The notes under the pieces: generated by a model
What the model was told of the DNA's origin: nothing
Databases searched by the model: none
The model's input: the letters and a program-made list of their open reading frames with translations, nothing else
Translations under genes and position numbers: made by a program
In this document: one piece after another, positions 1-7,434 of the stretch
Position numbering within the stretch: position 1 is the stretch's first letter
Layout: every line of letters begins with the position of its first letter
From: Actinomycetota bacterium
GTDB taxonomy: Bacteria; Actinomycetota; Actinomycetes; Propionibacteriales; Propionibacteriaceae
Assembly: GCA_041855725.1 (NCBI GenBank)
Contig: JBHAES010000006.1
Coordinates: 1-21,568 of the forward strand
Direction of reading: 5' to 3'
DNA length: 21,568 bases

Positions 1-891
1 GCCGGGGCGACGCCCGGGGCGACCCGCGGCCGAGGCGCCGCTCCCGCCACCACCGAGCCGGTCCGCCGGGCGGCAGCGGTGGAGCGCGGCTCGGAGCACC
101 CGATCTCGAAGGCGGTGGCCGCCCTCGCCCCCGACGTACCGGTCGCGACCGGGGTCACCACGGTGCCGGGGCGCGGCGTGGTGGGCACGGTCGACGGCAC
201 CGAGGTCGCCGTGGGCAGCCTCGCCCTCATGGGCGAGCGCGGCCTCACGCTGCCCCAGCCCCTCGCCACGGCCGCGGCACAGGGCGCAGGCCGGGGCTGG
301 TCGACGGTGTACGTCGGGTGGGACGGCCTCGTACGCGGCGTGCTCGGCGCGGCCGACCAGCCGCGGGAGTCCGCCGCCCGCGCCGTCGCCGCGTTCCACG
401 AGCTCGGGCTCACCCCCGTGCTCCTGTCGGGCGACCACCGCGCCGCGGCCGAGCAGGTCGCCCGCACCGTCGGGATCACCACGGTGATCGCCGAGGTGTC
501 GCCCGCCGACAAGGTCGGCGAGGTGCGTCGCCTCCAGGGCGAAGGGCGTACGGTCGCGATGGTGGGGGACGGCGTCAACGACGCCGCGGCCCTCGCTCAG
601 GCCGACCTGGGTGTCGCGATGGGGTCGGGCACCGACGCGGCGATCGCCGCCTCAGACCTCACCCTCATGCACTCCGACCCGCTGGCCGCAGCCGACGCCA
701 TCCGGCTCTCGCGCGCCACCCTGCGCACCATCAAGACGAACCTCTTCTGGGCGTTCGCCTACAACGTGGCGGCCCTGCCGGTCGCCGCGCTCGGGCTGCT
801 CAACCCGATGGTGGCCGGTGCGGCGATGGCGTTCAGCTCCGTCTTCGTGGTGACGAACTCGCTGCGCCTCAAGCGGTTCCGACCGCTGTGA
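1..891 (+). CDS. Heavy-metal translocating P-type ATPase (P1B-type), C-terminal portion; 5' end lies outside the window
   Basis: The reading frame is open from nt 1 (the track ORF 79-891 is in-frame) and stops at TGA 889-891. The translation contains the P-type ATPase hinge motif GDGVNDAAALAQADLGVAMGSGTDAAIAASDLTLM followed by the two C-terminal TM helices (FWAFAYNVAALPVAALGLL, MVAGAAMAFSSVFVVTNSLRL) typical of CopA/CadA-like pumps. Confidence 0.85.
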   Translation, partial: AGATPGATRGRGAAPATTEPVRRAAAVERGSEHPISKAVAALAPDVPVATGVTTVPGRGVVGTVDGTEVAVGSLALMGERGLTLPQPLATAAAQGAGRGWSTVYVGWDGLVRGVLGAADQPRESAARAVAAFHELGLTPVLLSGDHRAAAEQVARTVGITTVIAEVSPADKVGEVRRLQGEGRTVAMVGDGVNDAAALAQADLGVAMGSGTDAAIAASDLTLMHSDPLAAADAIRLSRATLRTIKTNLFWAFAYNVAALPVAALGLLNPMVAGAAMAFSSVFVVTNSLRLKRFRPL

Positions 892-1004
892 CCACGCGCG
901 CATGACATCCTCGCGCTCTCCTGCGGCACCTCCTTCCCGGCCTGACACGGCCTGCTACCCGACACGATCCTTCGACCTGGCACGGTTCTTCGACTGCACC
1001 CTCC

Positions 1005-1160
1005 TCTCTGCCGCCTGCACCTCGTACGCCACGCACCTCCTCCCCGACGCCCACACCTCGTGCGCCGACACCTCTCCTTCCTGACGCCTGCACGTCGTAC
1101 ACCGACGCACCTGCCCCCGGGCTCGTACGCCTGACGCACCACCTCCTTCCACGAACCTCC
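1005..1160. repeat. Imperfect ~75-bp direct repeat (x2) inside a C-rich, G-poor intergenic region; recurring CGTACG cores
   Basis: ctgccgcctgcacctcgtacgccacgcacctcctcc... and tgacgcctgcacgtcgtacaccgacgcacctgcccc... align at roughly 75% identity. The + strand here is strongly pyrimidine-rich, unlike the flanking coding sequence. Confidence 0.5.
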
Positions 1161-1301
1161 GTACGCATGGCCGGCGGGCGGCGGGGGACCCGCCTGCCAT
1201 GCCCGGGCGAGCCCCACCCTCGCACCCGCCTCTGACAGTTTTCCCACGCCCGTACGATGACGGGCCGGGTGGGCCCTCTCGACGTCTACCCTGGGAGCCC
1301 T

Positions 1302-2261
1302 ATGGCACTCACGTTCTGGCCCCTGGGGCTGGTCCTGCTCGCAGGGCTGGCCGCGCTGGGCGTCTGGTGGTGGCGCAGCGACCGGGCCAGCGCCGCGGTC
1401 GGGCTCGCCGTCGCGAACACCGACAACGTGCGCCGCACCGAACGGTTCACCGCGCTCGCCCGTACGCTGCTGCGCTGGACGACGGTGCAGGTGGCGGCGC
1501 TGGGCGTGATGGTGCTCGGCTGCTGGCTGCTGGCCGCACGGCTGGGCCTGGCCGACGAGCAGAGCTCCGAGCAGCGCAACCGAGACATCATGCTGTGCCT
1601 CGACGTGTCCGGCTCGATGCACGACATCGACGCCGACATGCTGCGGGCGTTCGCGCAGATCACCGACCAGCTGCGGGGCGAGCGGATCGGGCTGACGATC
1701 TGGGACTCGTCGGCGGTGATGAAGTTCCCGCTCACCAACGACTACGACTACATCCACGAGCAGCTCGTGGAGGGTGCCGCGAAGCTCGACGATGGCGACT
1801 ACCGCTGGCGCAAGGGCACCTCGGCCGGCGCGGGCAGCTCGATCATCGGCGACGGCATCATGGGCTGCCTCGACCGCTTCGACCGCACCGACCCTGACCG
1901 TGCCCGCACCCTCATCCTCGCCACCGACAACGACGTCTCCGGCAACCCTCTCTACACGATGGCCGAGGCGGTCGCCGTGGCGAAGGAGCAGAAGGTGGTG
2001 GTGTTCGCGGTCGCCGGCTACGACGACCGCGAGTTCCGCGAGCTGCGCCTGGCCGCCGAGAGCACCGGCGGCGCCGGGTTCCTGCTCAAGCAGGTCGGGA
2101 CGGGCCCCGAGATCGTACGGTCGGTGCAGGCGCAGGAGGCCCGCCGCCTCGAAGGGCCCGACCGCATGATCGTCAACGACTTCTCCCCCGCTGGACTCAC
2201 CCTCATCGGGCTCGGCATGGCCGGCTACGCCGTCGCCTCGTGGCGGACGAGGACCTCATGA
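1302..2261 (+). CDS. von Willebrand factor A (vWA) domain membrane protein, BatA-like
   Basis: ATG 1302 is preceded by GGGAG. The N-terminal TM segment MALTFWPLGLVLLAGLAALGVWWW fits the BatA-type hxFxxPxxL start, and the MIDAS motif DVSGSM is present in IMLCLDVSGSMHD. The gene ends with ATGA, overlapping the next gene. Confidence 0.75.
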   Translation: MALTFWPLGLVLLAGLAALGVWWWRSDRASAAVGLAVANTDNVRRTERFTALARTLLRWTTVQVAALGVMVLGCWLLAARLGLADEQSSEQRNRDIMLCLDVSGSMHDIDADMLRAFAQITDQLRGERIGLTIWDSSAVMKFPLTNDYDYIHEQLVEGAAKLDDGDYRWRKGTSAGAGSSIIGDGIMGCLDRFDRTDPDRARTLILATDNDVSGNPLYTMAEAVAVAKEQKVVVFAVAGYDDREFRELRLAAESTGGAGFLLKQVGTGPEIVRSVQAQEARRLEGPDRMIVNDFSPAGLTLIGLGMAGYAVASWRTRTS

Positions 2262-3226
2262 CCGTGGCACCGTTCTGGCCCGGGCTGGTCGTCGCCGTCG
2301 CGGCGCTCGGCTGGCTGGTCGTCGCCGTCGTACGCGGCCGACGCGACCGTACGGCGTGGCGCCGGCTCGCCGCCGTCGCGCTGGTGGCGGTGATGACGCT
2401 GCGCCCGGCGATCGGCACGGCGAGGGCGAACGCCCAGAACTCCGACCTCGACGTGCTGCTGCTCGTCGACCGTACGCTGTCGATGGCAGCCGAGGACTAC
2501 GACGGCGCCCAGACCCGCCTCACCGGCGCGCGCGCCGACGTCGAGCTGCTGGTGGAGCGCTACCCGGGGGCCCGGTTCGCGCTCATGACGTTCACCCACG
2601 AGGCCTACCTTGAGGTGGCCTACACCGCCGACGGCGCCGCGATCGTGTCGTACGCGGCGACGATGCAACCGGTGGAGGAGTACCACGGGGCCGGCAGCCG
2701 CATCGACGTGGCCCGCGAGGAAGCCGAGGAGGTGCTCGCCCGCGCCGCCAAGCAGCAGCCGGACCGGCGCCGCGTCCTCGTCTACCTGGGCGACGGCGAG
2801 CAGACCTCCGCCGAGCCGGTCGAGTCGTTCGCCAGCCTCCGGCAGCACCTCTCGGGCGCCCTCGTGCTCGGCTACGGCACCGAGCAGGGCGGCCGCATGA
2901 AGTCGCGCCCCGGCGGGTCGGGCTACGTGAAGGACCCCACGACCTACAAGGACGCCCTCTCCACCCTCGACCCCGCGAACCTGCAGCGCATCGCCGAGCA
3001 GCTCGGCGGCAGCTACCAGCACCGCACCGCCCCCGGCGGCACCCTCGCCATCGACGTCCGGTCGGGCCCTGCCCTGCTGCAACCCGTCGGGGTCACCACC
3101 GCCCGCAACGACGTGACCTGGCTGCTGGCGCTGCTCCTGCTCGGACCCGTGCTGTGGGAGCTGTGGGACGCCGCCACCATGGCCCGTACGACCCGCCGCT
3201 TCCTGAAGGCGAGGAGCTCGCGATGA
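2258..3226 (+). CDS. vWA domain membrane protein, BatB-like
   Basis: ATG 2258 overlaps the upstream stop as ATGA. The N-terminus MTVAPFWPGLVVAVAALGWLVVAV repeats the same TM motif, and the MIDAS motif sits in LLLVDRTLSMAAED. There is a C-terminal TM helix (WLLALLLLGPVLW). Confidence 0.75.
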   Translation: MTVAPFWPGLVVAVAALGWLVVAVVRGRRDRTAWRRLAAVALVAVMTLRPAIGTARANAQNSDLDVLLLVDRTLSMAAEDYDGAQTRLTGARADVELLVERYPGARFALMTFTHEAYLEVAYTADGAAIVSYAATMQPVEEYHGAGSRIDVAREEAEEVLARAAKQQPDRRRVLVYLGDGEQTSAEPVESFASLRQHLSGALVLGYGTEQGGRMKSRPGGSGYVKDPTTYKDALSTLDPANLQRIAEQLGGSYQHRTAPGGTLAIDVRSGPALLQPVGVTTARNDVTWLLALLLLGPVLWELWDAATMARTTRRFLKARSSR

Positions 3227-4287
3227 CGTGGACCCGCCGCCGCATCCTGCTGGCGTTGTATGCACCCGTGGCCGTCCTGCTGCTCGCGTTCGCCGTGAAG
3301 GTGTTCACGATGACCGGCGCCAACCAGGCCGGGCGGGAGGCGTACGGGGTCGGCCAGTACGACGCCGCCAAGCGCCGCTTCGACCAGACGCTGGTCGTGG
3401 ACGTGCTCGAGCCGTGGGTCGCCCCCTACAACCAGGGCACGACGCTGTACCAGATGGTGCGGTACGCGGAGGCACGCGTCCAGCTGGAGCGGTCGCTGGC
3501 GCTGGCGCCGGCGGCGCGCGACTGCATGGTGCGGCTGAACCTGGTGGCGACCATCGAGGCGCAGGGCGACGAGCTGATGTCGAGGCAGAACGCGGCCGAG
3601 GCCCGGCAGCGCTACGACGAGGCGCTCGACGTGCTCGGCAAGGGCGACTGCGGCTCCCGCGACCCGCAGCAGTCGCCGTCGGCGAGCAACTCCGCCTCGT
3701 CGAGCCGGTCGGCCTCGTCGAGCCGGTCGCAGAGCCAGTCCCGGTCCGGGTCCCCGTCGCAGTCGGCGTCCCAGTCGCAGTCGCAGTCGGCGTCCCAGTC
3801 GGGTCAGCCCAGCGCCGGCGAGTCGGGTCAGCCCTCGCAGGACCAGTCCGGCAAGCCCTCGCAGGACCAGTCCGGCAAGCCGTCGCACGACCAGTCCGGC
3901 CAGCCTTCCAGCGGCGGTGAGTCCGGCAAGCCGTCGCACGACCAGTCCGGCCAGCCTTCCAGCGGCGGTGAGTCCGGCAAGCCCACCGACCAGCCCACGA
4001 GCGACGAGCAGCGTCGCCAGCAGGAGCAGGAGCGCGCCCAGGAAGCGGAGGAACGCCTCGACGACAAGCGCCAGCAGGCCCAGCGCGAAGCCTCCCAGCA
4101 GGCCCGCGACGCCAGCCGGGCCTCCACCGCCCCGCAGTCGCCGACCGAGCCGATGTCGTCCGAGGAGCGCCAGCAGCGTGAGCAGCAGCGCGCCTCTCAG
4201 AACGCCTCCGCCCAGGCCGAGCAGCAGGAGGGCGAGGACTACGAACGCCGCCCCAGCACCGGTACCGACGTCGACCGCCCCTGGTGA
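3223..4287 (+). CDS. TPR-like membrane-anchored protein (BatC-like) with a long Ser/Gln-rich disordered C-terminal region
   Basis: ATG 3223 overlaps the upstream stop (ATGA). It opens with an N-terminal TM segment (MTWTRRRILLALYAPVAVLLLAFAVKVF), followed by a helical region with TPR-like spacing (YGVGQYDAAKRRFDQTL...YNQGTTLYQMVRYAEARVQLERSLALAP). The rest is SQSQS / SGKPSQDQ low complexity and an E/R/Q-rich tail. The start could instead be ATG 3154. Confidence 0.6.
   Translation: MTWTRRRILLALYAPVAVLLLAFAVKVFTMTGANQAGREAYGVGQYDAAKRRFDQTLVVDVLEPWVAPYNQGTTLYQMVRYAEARVQLERSLALAPAARDCMVRLNLVATIEAQGDELMSRQNAAEARQRYDEALDVLGKGDCGSRDPQQSPSASNSASSSRSASSSRSQSQSRSGSPSQSASQSQSQSASQSGQPSAGESGQPSQDQSGKPSQDQSGKPSHDQSGQPSSGGESGKPSHDQSGQPSSGGESGKPTDQPTSDEQRRQQEQERAQEAEERLDDKRQQAQREASQQARDASRASTAPQSPTEPMSSEERQQREQQRASQNASAQAEQQEGEDYERRPSTGTDVDRPW
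3832..3981 (+). repeat. Perfect in-gene tandem duplications: a 24-bp unit x2 (3832-3879) and a 51-bp unit x2 (3880-3981)
   Basis: ccctcgcaggaccagtccggcaag occurs twice back to back, and ccgtcgcacgaccagtccggccagccttccagcggcggtgagtccggcaag occurs twice back to back. Both are in frame, giving SGKPSQDQ x2 and SGKPSHDQSGQPSSGGE x2. Confidence 0.9.
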
Positions 4288-4303
4288 GGACGTCTAGACT
4301 CGG

Positions 4304-4392
4304 GTTCGCTCCGCATGGTCGGAGGTGAGCCCGTTCCCGGCGGTGCCGGCTGGCCAGCAAGTCCCTCGTCCCCGCCCCAGCGGGGTTCACCG
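4304..4392 (+). repeat. Two degenerate CRISPR-repeat-like elements, read as a remnant of a second, decayed array upstream of cas3
   Basis: 4304-4332 GTTCGCTCCGCATGGTCGGAGGTGAGCCC matches the array repeat over its 3' part (GGTGAGCCC) and 5' GT. 4361-4392 GTCCCTCGTCCCCGCCCCAGCGGGGTTCACCG shares GTCCCTC, CCCCGCC and GCGGGG and keeps the CCCCGC/GCGGGG hairpin. The start-to-start distance is 57 nt against 61 in the functional array, and the orientation matches the main array. Confidence 0.5.
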
Positions 4393-4587
4393 CCGTACGT
4401 TCGAACAGAGTCGTCGACTCTAGATGCAAACGTTCTAGGCGGAGCCGGAAAAGCGCTACCCTGCTGTCATGTTCGACACCAACACTGCTCGTCATGTCCT
4501 CCTGAGGCTCATCCGGGAGCTCCAGGTGCAGGTTCAGGCCCTCCAGGTAGAGAACGAGCGGCTCCGAGCCCGCCTTGCCCAGGAACC
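4393..4587 (+). promoter_or_regulatory. Lower-GC island upstream of cas3 with clustered short palindromes; candidate cas operon promoter/operator region
   Basis: GC drops to roughly 58%. TTCGAA, GTCGAC, TCTAGA, AACGTT and TTCTAG all fall within about 50 bp, and GTCTAGAC lies at 4292-4299. An AGGAA motif sits 2 nt before the cas3 ATG. Confidence 0.35.
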
Positions 4588-7434
4588 ATGGTGAGCACGG
4601 CCCACGAGAAAGTGTCAGAGGACCCCTCTAGCCTCCTCGGCATGATCGACAGCAGTGCTCCGAGCGCCCGCGTCAGGGCGGTGGTCGGCAAGACCGACCT
4701 TCAGGGCCGCACCGACCTCACGCTGCCCCTCATCCGCCACCTGCGCGACACAGCTGCCGTGGCGTGGCTCCTGGTCGACCTGCTGTGGACGCCGTCGGTG
4801 CGTACGAGGGTCGCAGCGGAACTGGGCATCGGGGTCGAGGAGCTGCGACGTCTCGTCGCCTGGCTGGCCGGGTTGCACGACATCGGCAAGGCGGCGCCGG
4901 GGTGGTTGTCCAAGATCCCCCTGCCTGACGGTGGGGCTGACCTACGCGACTCAGGGCTGTCGTGGACCGCGACGGCCGCGGCGAGCCGCTCCTTCCGACA
5001 GCCCCACGGTGCGATGGGACAGGTGTACCTGCAGCACCTGCTCCGGGAGCGCTACGGTCGCACCCCCGGGGGGCGCGCATGGCCCGAGATCATCGGTGGG
5101 CATCACGGCTCGAACCCGGACCGGTACCAGACCGAGGCGGTACGCACCAGCTGGGGCTCGAGGCAGCAGGGCGGCTGTCTCGGTGGCGGGGCGTGGAACG
5201 AGGTCCGAGAAGAGATCGTGGATCTCGTCACCGCAGACGTCGGGGCGGCACCACACCTCGAGTCCTGGATGGCGTCGGAGCCGTCGACGGGGGTCCGAGC
5301 GCAGATCCTGGGGCTGGTCATCCTCGCCGACTGGATCGCGAGCAACAGCGACCTGTTCTGGTTCAATGATCCGCGGACGTCGCCACAGCGGGCCCACGAC
5401 GCCGTCGAGAGCCTCGGCCTGGTCGCGCCGTGGACCCCGGCACCACCGTGCGATGACGTCGCGCAGCTGTTGGGCGAGCGCTTCCCCGCACTGCGCGGGA
5501 AGACCCCTCGCCCCGCGCAGGTGGCGCTGGCCGAGGCAGCGCGCCGGTGCGCGGGCCCAGCGCTGTTCATCCTCGAGGCCCCGATGGGCAGCGGCAAGAC
5601 CGAGGCCGCGCTGCTGGCGGCCGAGATCCTGGCAGCCAGGTTCGGGCTCGGCGGGCTCTTCGTCGGGCTCCCCACCATGGCCACCTCGAACCCGATGTTC
5701 ACCCGGGTGCACTCCTGGCTGGCCACGATGGGCGGCACGACCACGGCCATCAACCTGGCGCACGGCAAGGCGGCCCTCAACGACGAGTTCGCCGAGCTGA
5801 TCCGTGAGTCACGCATGGCCACGGTCGACGACGAGACGCCAGGCGGGTCGATCGGCGTGGTGTCCTGGCTGCGCGGCCGCAAGCGGTCGCTCCTGTCGCC
5901 GCACGTGGTCGGCACCGTCGACCAGGCGCTCATGGCGTGCCTGCTCACCAAGCACTCCGTCCTGCGGCACGTGGCGCTCGCGGGGAAGGTGGTCGTCATC
6001 GACGAGGTGCACGCGGCCGACACCACGATGCGTCTCCACCTGGAGCGGCTGCTGGTCTGGCTGGGTCACTACCGCACGCCGGTCATCCTGATGTCGGCCA
6101 CGCTGCCCCCTGAGCAGCGGGCGGCCTACGTGGCGGCCTACGCGCAGGGACGTGGCGAGGCTGCCCCTGAGGTCGCCACGTCCGACGCCTACCCTCGCGT
6201 GACCGTGTACGACGGCGCGCTCACCGAACCCCCCGTCGACGACGACGCACCGCTGACCAGCGTCGCCATCGAGCGGCTCGACGACGACCCGCAGACGTTG
6301 GTCGACCTCCTCCGCGCCCAGGTGACCGACGGCGGGTGCGCGGCCGTGATCCGCAACACGGTGACCCGAGCGCAGGAGACGTACGCCTTGCTGCGGGCTG
6401 AGCTCGGCGACGACGTCGTCATCTTCCACAGCCGGTTCCACGCGGCAGCACGCAGCCGTCGGGAGCGAGACCTGGTGCGCCGACTCGGCCCCGGCGGCGA
6501 CCGGCCGGAGCGCCTCGTCGTGGTGGGCACCCAGGTGCTGGAGCAGTCGCTCGACATCGACTTCGACCTGATGGTCACCGACCTCGCCCCGGCGGACCTG
6601 GTCCTTCAGCGGATCGGGCGGCTTCACCGGCACCCCGGTCGCGTCCGCCCCGACGCTGTGGCCCTCCCCCGCTGCTACGTCACCGGAGCGGACTGGGACG
6701 CTGTGCCACCCGCGCCGGTCTCTGGGTCCTCGACGGTCTACGGCCTCGCCCACCTCCTGCGGTCCGCCGCAGCGCTGGAGGAACCGTTCACCCGTGGGTC
6801 TGTGATGCTGCCGTGTGACCTGCCTCGCATCGTGAGGGTCGCCTACGACGAGTCGGTGACCGCCCCCGCGGGCTGGGAGAAGACCTGGCAGAAGGCGCAC
6901 GCCGACGAGCAGGCGGCGACGGGGAAGCGGGTCGCTGCCGCCCAACCCTTCCTGCTGGGTGACCCCACGACCATGCCAGGACTGGCCCACTGGAGCGCCA
7001 CCGGTGGGCAGGACCCCGATGCCGCGAAGCACCGAGCCGCGGCGGCGCGGGTCCGAGACGGGAGCGACTCTCTCGAGGTCCTGCTCGTCAGACGTGACGA
7101 GCAGGGAACGCTGCGGGTCATGGACGACGCACCTCACCGTGCCGGCTGTGTCATCCCGGAGGCATCCACCCCTGATCCCGTGCTGGGCCGAGCCATCGCG
7201 TCCTGCTCGGTGCCGCTGCCGATGGGGATGGTGGCCGCCACCCAGGACCTGGGCGCGGTGATCGACGACCTGGAGAAGGCTCCGTTCTGCGACAGCTGGC
7301 AGGACTCGCACTGGCTGGAGGGCGAGCTGCCGCTGGTGATCGACCACCACGGCGAGGCCCGGGTCGGACGGTTCCTGTGCCGGTACCGGTCCGATCAAGG
7401 ACTCGTGGTCACATCCCTACCGAAGGAGGCATGA
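4588..7434 (+). CDS. cas3: Cas3, type I-E (HD nuclease + DExH helicase)
   Basis: HD motifs are present (LAGLHDIGKAAPGW, IIGGHHGSNPD), along with Walker A (LEAPMGSGKTEAALLAA), the DEVH box (VVVIDEVHAADTTM) and helicase motifs VI (GTQVLEQSLDIDFD, RIGRLHRHPGR). The protein is collinear with E. coli YgcB/Cas3 over its whole length. The start is set at ATG 4588; GTG 4591 or ATG 4642 are alternatives. The in-frame ORF back to 4315 is read-through of the intergenic region. Confidence 0.93.
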   Translation: MVSTAHEKVSEDPSSLLGMIDSSAPSARVRAVVGKTDLQGRTDLTLPLIRHLRDTAAVAWLLVDLLWTPSVRTRVAAELGIGVEELRRLVAWLAGLHDIGKAAPGWLSKIPLPDGGADLRDSGLSWTATAAASRSFRQPHGAMGQVYLQHLLRERYGRTPGGRAWPEIIGGHHGSNPDRYQTEAVRTSWGSRQQGGCLGGGAWNEVREEIVDLVTADVGAAPHLESWMASEPSTGVRAQILGLVILADWIASNSDLFWFNDPRTSPQRAHDAVESLGLVAPWTPAPPCDDVAQLLGERFPALRGKTPRPAQVALAEAARRCAGPALFILEAPMGSGKTEAALLAAEILAARFGLGGLFVGLPTMATSNPMFTRVHSWLATMGGTTTAINLAHGKAALNDEFAELIRESRMATVDDETPGGSIGVVSWLRGRKRSLLSPHVVGTVDQALMACLLTKHSVLRHVALAGKVVVIDEVHAADTTMRLHLERLLVWLGHYRTPVILMSATLPPEQRAAYVAAYAQGRGEAAPEVATSDAYPRVTVYDGALTEPPVDDDAPLTSVAIERLDDDPQTLVDLLRAQVTDGGCAAVIRNTVTRAQETYALLRAELGDDVVIFHSRFHAAARSRRERDLVRRLGPGGDRPERLVVVGTQVLEQSLDIDFDLMVTDLAPADLVLQRIGRLHRHPGRVRPDAVALPRCYVTGADWDAVPPAPVSGSSTVYGLAHLLRSAAALEEPFTRGSVMLPCDLPRIVRVAYDESVTAPAGWEKTWQKAHADEQAATGKRVAAAQPFLLGDPTTMPGLAHWSATGGQDPDAAKHRAAAARVRDGSDSLEVLLVRRDEQGTLRVMDDAPHRAGCVIPEASTPDPVLGRAIASCSVPLPMGMVAATQDLGAVIDDLEKAPFCDSWQDSHWLEGELPLVIDHHGEARVGRFLCRYRSDQGLVVTSLPKEA

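Noticed and set aside
759-1757. 332-aa minus-strand ORF, plus alternative + frames 318-905 and 611-853
   Set aside because: They are antisense or alternate-frame to the P-type ATPase gene and the vWA gene, Arg/Pro/Gly-rich, and match no recognisable domain.
2225-4495. Minus-strand ORFs 2225-3265 (346 aa), 3013-3939 (308 aa, LAGLVLRGLAGLVLRG repeats) and 3305-4495 (396 aa)
   Set aside because: They are antisense to the vWA/TPR operon. The LAGLV repeats are the reverse-complement reading of the SQSQS-coding tandem repeats.
4315-4587. N-terminal 91-codon extension of the cas3 ORF (MVGGEPVPGGAGWPAS...)
   Set aside because: It is read-through of the intergenic region, including the degenerate repeats and the CTAG palindromes, and is Pro/Gly-rich. 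Homology to Cas3 begins only around the ATG at 4588/4642.
5809-7398. 529-aa minus-strand ORF, plus ORFs 4655-5800 + and 4951-5763 -
   Set aside because: They sit inside or antisense to cas3, whose frame is validated by HD and helicase motifs.
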